Below are positions 1 through 8,104 of a stretch of DNA of 22,274 nt, piece after piece. Both the position numbers and the translations under genes were made by a program. Position 1 is the stretch's first letter. Each line of letters starts with the position of its first letter. This DNA comes from Candidatus Hermodarchaeota archaeon (GTDB taxonomy: Archaea > Asgardarchaeota > Hermodarchaeia > Hermodarchaeales > Hermodarchaeaceae), in the NCBI GenBank assembly GCA_016839805.1, contig JAEOTO010000043.1:1-22274 (forward strand), in the 5' to 3' direction. The notes under the pieces are model-generated. The model did no database searches and was not told the origin of the DNA. It saw only the letters and a list, made by a program, of their open reading frames with translations.

Positions 1-2
1 CC

Positions 3-299
3 CAGTTCCAACTCAAGGAGAAGGAGTACCTTATTGACATAATGGACAACGAGGATGGCTATACTGCCATCTTTGACACCCCTGCCACAAGCACCGACGA
101 TGTCAAGACCCGCGTGGATGGTCGTCATTTGCAGTTGTGGATCCAGGGACAACTCTTTCGGGAATTGGAACTCCCAACTCCCGTTGAACTTACTTCGCTC
201 CACTTCAAGAATGGTGTCGTGGAATTACAACTACGAACCAAGAAGCCAGAGGAAGAACCCACAAAAGCCTCCGGGGAACCGACCGACAAGACGGCGTAG
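3..299 (+). CDS. Small heat-shock protein (Hsp20/alpha-crystallin domain), 5'-truncated by the window edge
   Basis: The frame is open from nt 3 (QFQLKEKEYLIDIMDNEDGYTAIFDTP...). The pattern 'YLIDIMD...DTP...DDVK...FRELELPTPV...FKNGVVELQL' matches the archaeal sHSP pattern (PLVDV..ElPG..edik..y.kei.LP..V....yKNGVLEv.l). ATG 42 is probably internal. Confidence 0.8.
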   Translation, partial: QFQLKEKEYLIDIMDNEDGYTAIFDTPATSTDDVKTRVDGRHLQLWIQGQLFRELELPTPVELTSLHFKNGVVELQLRTKKPEEEPTKASGEPTDKTA

Positions 300-306
300 G
301 TCGAAT

Positions 307-352
307 GGACGGGTTAGCCAGGCCCGTCCTTCCCCACTATTTCTTTGTCTTT
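307..352 (+). terminator. Hairpin plus T-rich tract after the Hsp20 gene
   Basis: GGACGGGTT-AGCCA-GGCCCGTCC (7 Watson-Crick plus 2 G-U pairs) at 307-329, followed by TTTCTTTGTCTTT at 340-352. It begins just after the stop codon. Confidence 0.55.
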
Positions 353-416
353 CAGTTCTAATCATGTTTGGATAGATGTTCCATCAATTTTTTAGGGAGA
401 AGGCACTTCAGCCCGT

Positions 417-1019
417 TTGAGGTTCGTGTGCGTGGCCCATGAGGATTTCCATGAAGAACTTGCCACCCTGCATAAGCAGTATGGTATACCCAGGCGTGTT
501 GAGTTTGCCATGGAAATGATACCTGAAGAATTTGCTCTCGTGCAACGATCGGTGGAACGTGGTCGATGTCATGATGTAACAATCTTCATTCGACATCAAG
601 GCCAGTTTGTCGTTATTGATAAACACGCTTATGCGAAAACTGGAATTGTTCGGGCACCCTCTGGTGGGTCGATGCCTTCAGAAGGCCTAATTACAGCTGC
701 AAAACGCGAAGCCCGTGAAGAAACAGGATTTGATGTTGAAATAGAACGTTTTGTCTTAGAATCCCACGTATTGTTATCCTGTTGTGATCAACCTTCGGTT
801 CCCTGGGTTTCTTATGTGTTCCTTGCCCGAGTAATTGGAGGTCAACTCGGTGCTGAGGATGTAAGAGAAATTTCTGGAGTGCACTTACGGACTCGCCATG
901 AATTGCTTAAAGATGTGGGACCATTAATGCTGGCTTCAGGTCTGGGTGGCTTCAAATACCGAGCGAAAATGACAGAAGCTTTTTTTGAGGAATTGGATGC
1001 GCAGGGTATTGTGATATGA
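417..1019 (+). CDS. NUDIX hydrolase
   Basis: Complete Nudix box GX5EX7REUXEEXGU = G-GSMPS-E-GLITAAK-REAREETGF. The start is uncertain (TTG 417, or GTG 432 downstream of GAGG). Confidence 0.88.
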   Translation: MRFVCVAHEDFHEELATLHKQYGIPRRVEFAMEMIPEEFALVQRSVERGRCHDVTIFIRHQGQFVVIDKHAYAKTGIVRAPSGGSMPSEGLITAAKREAREETGFDVEIERFVLESHVLLSCCDQPSVPWVSYVFLARVIGGQLGAEDVREISGVHLRTRHELLKDVGPLMLASGLGGFKYRAKMTEAFFEELDAQGIVI

Positions 1020-1032
1020 CAAACTGTGAATG

Positions 1033-2343
1033 CTAGAAGGGAGCTCCACAGTGGACACAGAATTTGGCTTTAGAGGTAGTAATCCGCCCACATTGATTAC
1101 AGATTTTTCCAGCTTCTGCATCAGGCTCTGTTGATGTACTCGACGGTTCGCTTTCGGGGGCTTCTTCTGTTTCTTCTTTCGAGGTATCCGTTGTAACTGA
1201 TTCTGGTTCCGATGGGGCTACCTTAGCGTCAGTGACAGTGGTTTCTTTAACTTCGAATCGAGTGATTGGACCATTTCGCATGGTGGATTCTTTTTGTAAA
1301 ATATGTTGAGATGCAATAATTGCATAGTTGAGTCGTTCAGCTTTTTCAGCTAGAGTAGTTTTTTTGCCTTCAATATCGCCTTCCTCATCTCCTATAAGAA
1401 TTCGGGCGTTGAGAGTTTCCAATTCATCTTTGACCTGGACGAAATCTAATTGAATTTGGGCAAAATATCCTTGTAGCTGTTCAACTCCAGTTTGGATCTG
1501 CTCATCCATGCGTTCTAATTTTTCGTCGTACTCGGCAACAAGCCGGTCATAGACGCGTTCACTGACTTCCCCTTTTTTCTTAAGAGTTTCAAGTCGCTCG
1601 AGTTCAGCCCGTTCATTGATATAAGTATCAATGAGGTTTTCTAGTTCAAAATCGCTATCACCAGCGGCTTTACTCAACTCATCTAAAAGCTGATTGGATG
1701 CGGTTCCATTTTCGGCGTACTCATCTTCAAGGGTAAGTTGACGCCCACGAGCCATAAGACTTGCAAGCACTTTTGATGGAACAGCAATTGGTTCGATGGT
1801 CTCAACCTTCGATTCCTCAACAGGTTCAGTTACCGACGCTGCCACTTCAGCTTGAGTAGATGCTGGTTCGGTAGCTGATTGCAGAGGAACTATGGTACTG
1901 CCACAATAGATACAGAATTTAGATCCGCCTTTCACTTGTCGTCCACAATTGGGGCAATCCATAGTTGTTGGCACCGAGACAGGGGCTGCAACTTCAGCTG
2001 CTGGTCTCTCTGGCAGTGATGTGGCGTTTGGCAGTATTTGACCACAATTGATGCAAAAATTCGAACCAGGAGGATTCTTGGTAAATCCACAGTTAGGACA
2101 GCCAGCCGTAGTTGTTGTTGGGATTGAGGGAGCTGATTCTTTAAGAGTAGTTCCACAACCCGTGCAGAATTTTTCTGAACCCTTCAAGACTTTACCACAA
2201 TTCTCACACGTCAGTTGCTTCTTCTTTGGTTTGGGAGTGGGTTGAATCCTAACTTTAGATGTTGAAACGGGAGTACCACACACTGTGCAGAACTTTGACT
2301 TTTTTGAGAGTGTGGCTCCACAACGACTACACTTCGAACTCAT
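1033..2343 (-). CDS. Multi zinc-ribbon protein (five CxxC-x10/11-CxxC units) with a CdvA-like coiled-coil domain
   Basis: Four N-terminal ribbons (CSRC/CTVC, CENC/CTGC, CPNC/CINC, CPNC/CIYC) and one C-terminal ribbon (CNQC/CVHC). The central helical part contains 'LERLETLKKKGEVSERVYDRLVAEY' and 'ELETLNARILIGD'. ATG 2343 is preferred over TTG 2358 because GGAG lies just upstream of it. Confidence 0.8.
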   Translation of the reverse strand: MSSKCSRCGATLSKKSKFCTVCGTPVSTSKVRIQPTPKPKKKQLTCENCGKVLKGSEKFCTGCGTTLKESAPSIPTTTTAGCPNCGFTKNPPGSNFCINCGQILPNATSLPERPAAEVAAPVSVPTTMDCPNCGRQVKGGSKFCIYCGSTIVPLQSATEPASTQAEVAASVTEPVEESKVETIEPIAVPSKVLASLMARGRQLTLEDEYAENGTASNQLLDELSKAAGDSDFELENLIDTYINERAELERLETLKKKGEVSERVYDRLVAEYDEKLERMDEQIQTGVEQLQGYFAQIQLDFVQVKDELETLNARILIGDEEGDIEGKKTTLAEKAERLNYAIIASQHILQKESTMRNGPITRFEVKETTVTDAKVAPSEPESVTTDTSKEETEEAPESEPSSTSTEPDAEAGKICNQCGRITTSKAKFCVHCGAPF

Positions 2344-2479
2344 CGAACTGATCTCCAAATAGTATTAATTATTGATTGCTACAAAAAGCATCCTTTATTA
2401 CTTTTGCAAAAGCAGCATATCCACGCGCTAGGCTTAAAACATCTTGAAGGAGGAAAAAACAGAAGTTATGAGAGGGGAT

Positions 2480-3430
2480 TTATTTTTTCCCTTTTTTCTT
2501 TTTCTTAGGTTTCTTTTTGGGTTCATCGATATCAGCTGTTTCAGTGGTAATTCGAAAGATATCGATAAGTTCGCTGACATCAGCTTCAGCTACGGAATCA
2601 CGCAGACCGTGAGATCCTTCATTGCTTTTCTTGAGAAATTCAGTTGCTAGTACACGACCATCTTCGACAAGAATTCGAGGTGTATAATCACCACCAAAGA
2701 AAGGACCATCAGGAAGAGTGCGAGTACGCTCTAATTGAGAGGTAGTTTGAGTTTTCCCCAGAAAAGATACTGTTCGATCAACACTAGTGAATACTTCCTG
2801 TCCAATAATAACTAGTTCTCGATTATAACCAGGGGGTGGTGAAGTGTTCGCTACTCGACCAATGATATCATCTTGTGCTGGTGCAGGGACTGAACTGATA
2901 CTAACTGCCCGTTGTGGCCATTGATGTTCTGCACCATGGTATTCAGTACCTAGCTGGTTTGATTCAACAGGCATAGCCACTGGTGAAGGCTTTGGTGTAG
3001 GTTTGGGTGCTTTCACTTTTGTTTTAACAGGCTTCGGTTTTGGTGCCGGCTCATCTGGCGTTATTTCTATTGTTTTATCAGGAAGATCGACCTGCACGGC
3101 AACCTCAGGTTTCGGAGCCGCGGGCGTTGGCTTTTCACCTAGTAACGTGAGAAAGGCGTCAGGTTCTTCTCCACCATCAATTGACATAACTTTGTAAACA
3201 AGTCCCCGTTGACTGCGGACGGCCTGTCCTTGTCGGGCGGCAATGAACTTCTTGCGGACGCCTGCATCGGCTCCCTTCCAGAGCCAGATTTTCCGATCGT
3301 CATCATCTACTATAATAAGAACTCGTTCTGGAACTAGTTCCGTTTTGAGCTTTTTTGGCGTAGGTAGCTCCATGAGTTCCCCGGTTTCAACGACGTCATA
3401 CACTTGGAGGCGAACGGACAGTACCCTCAC
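2480..3430 (-). CDS. One-domain gelsolin-like protein with Pro/Lys-rich linker, uncharacterised C-terminal domain and polybasic tail
   Basis: The N-terminal ~100 aa 'L.PERVLIIVD...KIWLWKGADA...KKFIAAR......VMSIDGGEEPDAFL.LL' fits the gelsolin-repeat consensus (L.s.dvfilD...iyvW.G.....Ek..A......v.qG.Ep..F). It is followed by a PAPKPKP-type linker, a beta-rich domain (PPPGYNRELVIIG...LPDG.F...YTPRILVEDGRVLATEFLK) and the tail KKKPKKKKKGKK. Confidence 0.8.
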   Translation of the reverse strand: MRVLSVRLQVYDVVETGELMELPTPKKLKTELVPERVLIIVDDDDRKIWLWKGADAGVRKKFIAARQGQAVRSQRGLVYKVMSIDGGEEPDAFLTLLGEKPTPAAPKPEVAVQVDLPDKTIEITPDEPAPKPKPVKTKVKAPKPTPKPSPVAMPVESNQLGTEYHGAEHQWPQRAVSISSVPAPAQDDIIGRVANTSPPPGYNRELVIIGQEVFTSVDRTVSFLGKTQTTSQLERTRTLPDGPFFGGDYTPRILVEDGRVLATEFLKKSNEGSHGLRDSVAEADVSELIDIFRITTETADIDEPKKKPKKKKKGKK

Positions 3431-3662
3431 CTTCTTATTGTTCTCAATATCTGCAATAACTTTTAAAGATGGTGCAGCGTCAGCGAGCTCTCAAAAGTGA
3501 GTTGCGGATAATTTAGGTGCAATTTTGATTTATTCAAGCTAAGTTAGCCATTTCAGCGTTGGAATTATCGAGAACCAGCTTTGAAAAAATTGAAGATTTG
3601 AAAAGGCTAGCTTTTTGTAGGTTTAGGGTGCACTGCGTGCATGGGAGGATTGTGAAGAACCC

Positions 3663-5693
3663 GTGTTTCATACAAAATTTCGCGACGTAATCATTGAAGA
3701 GTTATCAGGGACAATCGCGAAGGATTATATCTCAGAACTTACCCGATTCCACCGTATACAGGCATCACCTGGATTCCATGACGCCATATACTACGTTAAA
3801 CAAATCTTAGACCTATTTCCAGGGATCAATACCGAAATTGAAGTGTTTCCCGCTGATGGCAAAACCCGGACCTGGCAATGGACTGCACCGTTGGGGTGGC
3901 GAGTAGCGGACGGTGAACTTTACCTTGTGAGTCCAAAACAAGAGCTTCTTGCTAGATTTGCTGAGACGCCTGTAAGTGTCGTCGCACATAGCCAAACGAC
4001 AGACGTTGTAGCACCTTTAGTCTATCTTGAGGATGGAACCCGTGAAAAAGACTATAGGCGTATCGACGTAAAGGGTAAAATCGTTTTAACACCCAGTCGC
4101 GCTCAGTTGGTGCATAGAGAGGCAGTGATAAAAAGAGGAGCACTGGGAGCAATTCATTTTCCACCTCTCGAACGAAGGAGCAAACAACCAAATCTCGTTC
4201 CTTACTTGGGCATCTGGCCCAATGCTGTTGAAAAAGACCAAGCTGGATTTGCCTTCGCTGTTTCCGGACAAGTCGGAACACGCCTTCGTCACTTAATCGA
4301 ATCCGAGCCTGAAGTTCTGGTCCACGCTAAAGTTGACGCTGAACTTTTTTCAGGAGAGCAACGAGTCCTAACAGCGACAATTGAAGGACGAGAATTTCCA
4401 ACAGAAGAAATTGTGCTCATTGCTCATCTCTGTCATCCTCGACCTAGCGCTAATGACAATGCCAGTGGTAGTGGGTTATTGATGGAGATAGCTCGGACGA
4501 TTACAGCGCTCATCAAAGCAGGCAAATTACCCGAGCCCCTTCGAACGATTCGATTTCTCTGGGTTCCTGAATGGTATGGAACCATTTCGTATTTCCATGC
4601 GCACCCTGAATTCGCAACGCGGACGATAAGTGCGATTAACTGCGATATGGTTGGAGAGAACCCCCTCCTCTGCGGAGGTGTCTTGTCACTTCATCGAACT
4701 CCGGATTCACTCCCTAGCTATATCAACGATCTGCTCGAATACCACTTATCAGCTGCAGCAAAAGAACCACGTTTAATTGCACCAGATGGCGGAAATCAAC
4801 CCTTCCATTTTGAGGTCAAAGGCTTTGACTGGCGAAGTGATAATCTTATGTTTGTCGACTCCACTTTTAGTGTTCCCTGCCCTATGCTAAACCATTTTCC
4901 AGATGCCTTCTATCATAGCAGCCTTGATTCCATAGAGAAGTGTGATACCACGCGCTTACAACGGGTAGGATACGGAGTCCTTATGACAACTTTAGTGCAA
5001 GCTTATGCTGAGTCCGATGATGCCATGTTTCTGGCTACCCAAGTTCATGCTCATGCACATACTCGAATTACTCAAACAACTCAGCGCTACATCCATGATG
5101 CCATCGAATCCATTGCCCAATCAGATCGAGGAGCGATGCTCGCTCGTATCCTAAGAAAAGCCATGGAAAGTATTCGCCATATCACCCGCCGCGAAAGTAT
5201 GGCTCTCCAAAGCGTCAAAGTTCTTAGTCCCCATGATCAGGAACTGTATGACTTTATTGATAACATGGTTGACGATCTAGCCCAAGAACGCCAAGAAGAA
5301 ATTCGGAAACTACGAAACGTAGAAGACCTGCTGTCACGATCCATTGGCTATTCTCCATTAAAACGCCTGGTCCTACGCAAAAAGGAACGCGAAGCGAAAC
5401 GACTCATACCTCGTCGGAAGTTCCAGGGACCCCTAGATTATCCTAATCTCAACCGACAAACAAGGCCTAATGATACCGAATGGTTACGCACACAACAAGA
5501 AAAAGAACCTAATTTCGTAAATGTACTCTTTGAACTTATCAACTTCATGGATGGCCACCGAACCCTCTACGAAATAACATCAGCCCTAGAAGCTGAATTT
5601 GGGGACATCGCTAGCATTTACACAATCGACCGATTTACAAAGATCTTAACCGAATTAGATCTCATTGAAACCCAGAAAGTTAAGTCTTCGTAA
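3663..5693 (+). CDS. M28-family metallopeptidase with PA insert (DUF4910-type) and C-terminal winged-helix-like segment
   Basis: Motifs AHLCH, SANDNASG, RFLWVPE..GT, INCDMVG, SD and YHSSLD. PA-domain signature 'DY..IDVKGKIVL...GALGAI'. C-terminal 'NFMDGHRTLYEI'. No signal peptide seen. GGGAGG lies upstream. Confidence 0.85.
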   Translation: MFHTKFRDVIIEELSGTIAKDYISELTRFHRIQASPGFHDAIYYVKQILDLFPGINTEIEVFPADGKTRTWQWTAPLGWRVADGELYLVSPKQELLARFAETPVSVVAHSQTTDVVAPLVYLEDGTREKDYRRIDVKGKIVLTPSRAQLVHREAVIKRGALGAIHFPPLERRSKQPNLVPYLGIWPNAVEKDQAGFAFAVSGQVGTRLRHLIESEPEVLVHAKVDAELFSGEQRVLTATIEGREFPTEEIVLIAHLCHPRPSANDNASGSGLLMEIARTITALIKAGKLPEPLRTIRFLWVPEWYGTISYFHAHPEFATRTISAINCDMVGENPLLCGGVLSLHRTPDSLPSYINDLLEYHLSAAAKEPRLIAPDGGNQPFHFEVKGFDWRSDNLMFVDSTFSVPCPMLNHFPDAFYHSSLDSIEKCDTTRLQRVGYGVLMTTLVQAYAESDDAMFLATQVHAHAHTRITQTTQRYIHDAIESIAQSDRGAMLARILRKAMESIRHITRRESMALQSVKVLSPHDQELYDFIDNMVDDLAQERQEEIRKLRNVEDLLSRSIGYSPLKRLVLRKKEREAKRLIPRRKFQGPLDYPNLNRQTRPNDTEWLRTQQEKEPNFVNVLFELINFMDGHRTLYEITSALEAEFGDIASIYTIDRFTKILTELDLIETQKVKSS

Positions 5694-5708
5694 TGAGAAG
5701 TGATTACT

Positions 5709-6161
5709 ATGAGCCACGACCAAGCCCTTCAATTACAAGATCGTCTTGAAATGATACTCGATCAATTTGAGACCAAAGTGACAGACATCAATAACATCAC
5801 TACGAATGAACAATTAGAAGCATTAATTGAAGCATCAGACCATTTACACGGCATCTTATCTGAAGTGAAAAACTACTTTATTGATGTACGTAACCAATTG
5901 GCAGGTGTCCACGGTATCCCACCTGCTAAAGAACTCGCCCAACTTGTAATCGGGGCCTCCACCGAAGCATTAAGTGCGATTCGCGAAACTAAACACAACC
6001 TTGAAGAATTAAAGGGAAAAATCAAAGGACAACGGAAAAAACCCTTAACTCAAGAAGAACTTCATTACGCTGATTTTAGTGCCAAAGTAGCAATCCGAAA
6101 AAGCCGAACTATCCTTAATAAAATCTCAGAACGCGTAGAAGAACTCCCCAACCAACTCTAA
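5709..6161 (+). CDS. Hypothetical all-helical (bundle/coiled-coil) protein
   Basis: 150-aa ORF starting 15 nt after the peptidase stop, with amphipathic helices throughout. ATG 5709 follows GAAGTGA (RBS-like), so it is preferred over GTG 5700. Confidence 0.7.
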   Translation: MSHDQALQLQDRLEMILDQFETKVTDINNITTNEQLEALIEASDHLHGILSEVKNYFIDVRNQLAGVHGIPPAKELAQLVIGASTEALSAIRETKHNLEELKGKIKGQRKKPLTQEELHYADFSAKVAIRKSRTILNKISERVEELPNQL

Positions 6162-6193
6162 TTCCCATAACTCCAAACAGGAGTGAATAACCG

Positions 6194-6472
6194 ATGAATC
6201 GATGGGCTCTAATCAGTATAGTAAGCATCATCCTGACTCTCCTTATGATATTTCTATGGTTCATCATACCCGGATTTCCCCTCCTCATCTTCCTCTTTCT
6301 ACCACCCTTATTCTATTGGGGCCTACAAGAAAAGGAGGAAGAACGCTCACCCGATGAGTACCCAGATGAAGCAGTACCCCGATTCTGTCCGCAATGTGGA
6401 AAACAATTGCTTGAACCCCGGGAAACCTTTTGCCCTCGCTGTGGTACACCCATCCATTCAGATAAAACCTAG
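6194..6472 (+). CDS. Small membrane-anchored zinc-ribbon protein
   Basis: Hydrophobic N-terminal ~44 aa (helical hairpin broken by IPG/LPP), an acidic linker, then CPQC-x11-CPRC. GGAGTGA RBS upstream. Confidence 0.8.
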   Translation: MNRWALISIVSIILTLLMIFLWFIIPGFPLLIFLFLPPLFYWGLQEKEEERSPDEYPDEAVPRFCPQCGKQLLEPRETFCPRCGTPIHSDKT

Positions 6473-6523
6473 ACTATCCTATGATTAGTTCTCATTACGG
6501 AAGTTAGTGTGTGGTAGTCCCAT

Positions 6524-7966
6524 TCACCTCCGTTCTTTCCAAACATATTGGTAAGAACCGTAGATGAGGAGAGTAAGGAATAGTAAGAGAAGAACTACAT
6601 GGGTGTGGTATCGATGAACCGAGAAGATGACAATGCTAGCAAGAGCGACAAGGGCAAACCACCAAGTTGTTAGATTATTTACAATCGTTCCCCCCAGTGT
6701 ACGAAATTGGAATACCCACTTATGAACCAATGATAACGACGCCATTGGCAGACCACGTTCTATGGGACATGCAGGGGCTGAAAGAATTTGGGATGAGATA
6801 AGAGGTCCATGTAAGACTGCTCCAAATAGGATTAGAAAGGGTAGTAGAGCGATGAGATAGAACTTGTAAATACCACGGGGAAGGAAGATATGAGCAGCTA
6901 ATGAAAGAAGGACTGCTAGCAGAACGAGTTGTTCCTGGTATTGTCGAGTAGATTGATTCGGTATCCAATGGCTTAGAATCCAAAACAGGGCTAGAAAAAT
7001 CATCCAAGGAATTGCATAATGCACAGCATTAAAGATGAGAAATTTGAAAGGTTCAAACCAATAGAATGCAAGTACGGATACCGGAATGGGGTGGGTTGGA
7101 GCAGGTAGAAGATCATAAAACCAGTACGGTCCTAGCCCACTAGCAACTGCCTGAAGGTAATCAATTGGGAAAAGAACTAGATAAGGCATGGAAAAAGACA
7201 CAGCCACAACAATCATGATTGCTAACGAGATCACTAGTTGTTTCATACCCTCGCGATATTCCAGAAAGAGAATAACAGGTATTAACAAGGCAGCGGTTTG
7301 TTTGACCATTGCTGCGATGGTCATCCATAGAATAGCCCAGCGTAATTCATTTCGGATCATGAAGTAAAAACCGAGAACCAAAAAGAAAGTATGAATTGGT
7401 GTACTCAGCCATAGATAATTCCCCCACCATAAGGATATTGGATTTAAGGCATACAGAAGCATTACCACAACAGGAATAGCCCGATTCCGTGTAAGGATCC
7501 GTGCTGCAACATACATCATCGCACAGGTTGCAATATCGAACAATACAAAGGCAAAGCCGACTCGAAGAAATGTCAGGTCTTGACCAAGCGATAAGGCTGT
7601 AAATCTTATATCAGGAAAGAGAAGCTCTGAGGGGACATAATAGAACGCAGCAAGAATGTACACAAACAGGGGCGTATAGATATAGGTTTGCACTCCATCG
7701 ACGGTGAAGAGGGTCTCAGTGTAGGGGAGGTTCCCCTGAACAAATGCTTCTACGAAGTTCAAGTAGTAATAATCAAAGTCTGCAAAGGCTTCTACGACTT
7801 CGAAATGCATTCCGAAGGTAGGATGATATCCTAGATGAAGGAAGTGGATTGATGTAAAATGAAAGATTGCGAGTTTGAGAAGTACTATGGGAATAAAAGG
7901 AACCCAAAATAATGGATCAGCCAGGCTCCGTAGCTTGGTGATTGACCAGGGTTCGTCAGCCGACAT
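6524..7966 (-). CDS. GT-C fold polytopic glycosyltransferase (GT87 / PIG-M-like mannosyltransferase)
   Basis: Many hydrophobic helices. The first loop carries DxD (ADFDY), G.LPY and TYIYTPL, followed later by 'FD', 'LYALNP' and 'AAMVKQ.A.LLIP', the conserved order in GT87/GT50 enzymes. Confidence 0.75.
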   Translation of the reverse strand: MSADEPWSITKLRSLADPLFWVPFIPIVLLKLAIFHFTSIHFLHLGYHPTFGMHFEVVEAFADFDYYYLNFVEAFVQGNLPYTETLFTVDGVQTYIYTPLFVYILAAFYYVPSELLFPDIRFTALSLGQDLTFLRVGFAFVLFDIATCAMMYVAARILTRNRAIPVVVMLLYALNPISLWWGNYLWLSTPIHTFFLVLGFYFMIRNELRWAILWMTIAAMVKQTAALLIPVILFLEYREGMKQLVISLAIMIVVAVSFSMPYLVLFPIDYLQAVASGLGPYWFYDLLPAPTHPIPVSVLAFYWFEPFKFLIFNAVHYAIPWMIFLALFWILSHWIPNQSTRQYQEQLVLLAVLLSLAAHIFLPRGIYKFYLIALLPFLILFGAVLHGPLISSQILSAPACPIERGLPMASLSLVHKWVFQFRTLGGTIVNNLTTWWFALVALASIVIFSVHRYHTHVVLLLLFLTLLIYGSYQYVWKERR

Positions 7967-8068
7967 ATGACTTCTTTATACGTACAGTTCTTCGAGGATT
8001 AAAGGCTTATAGAACGCCAAATCAGTTACTTTTTGAATGTTAAAGGAACTTTATTCCATCCGTCAGGC

Positions 8069-8076
8069 TTAATAAG
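8069..8076 (+). promoter_or_regulatory. TATA box for the longin-domain gene (near-leaderless)
   Basis: TTAATAAG ends about 29 nt before ATG 8105, which fits an archaeal TATA box with a very short leader. No RBS is visible. Confidence 0.45.
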
Positions 8077-8104
8077 TTTCATCACACTACATTATGTCGC
8101 ACCA

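Noticed and set aside
8033-8104. TTG-start extension of the longin ORF
   Set aside because: It overlaps the probable TATA box (8069-8076), and the longin domain starts cleanly at ATG 8105.
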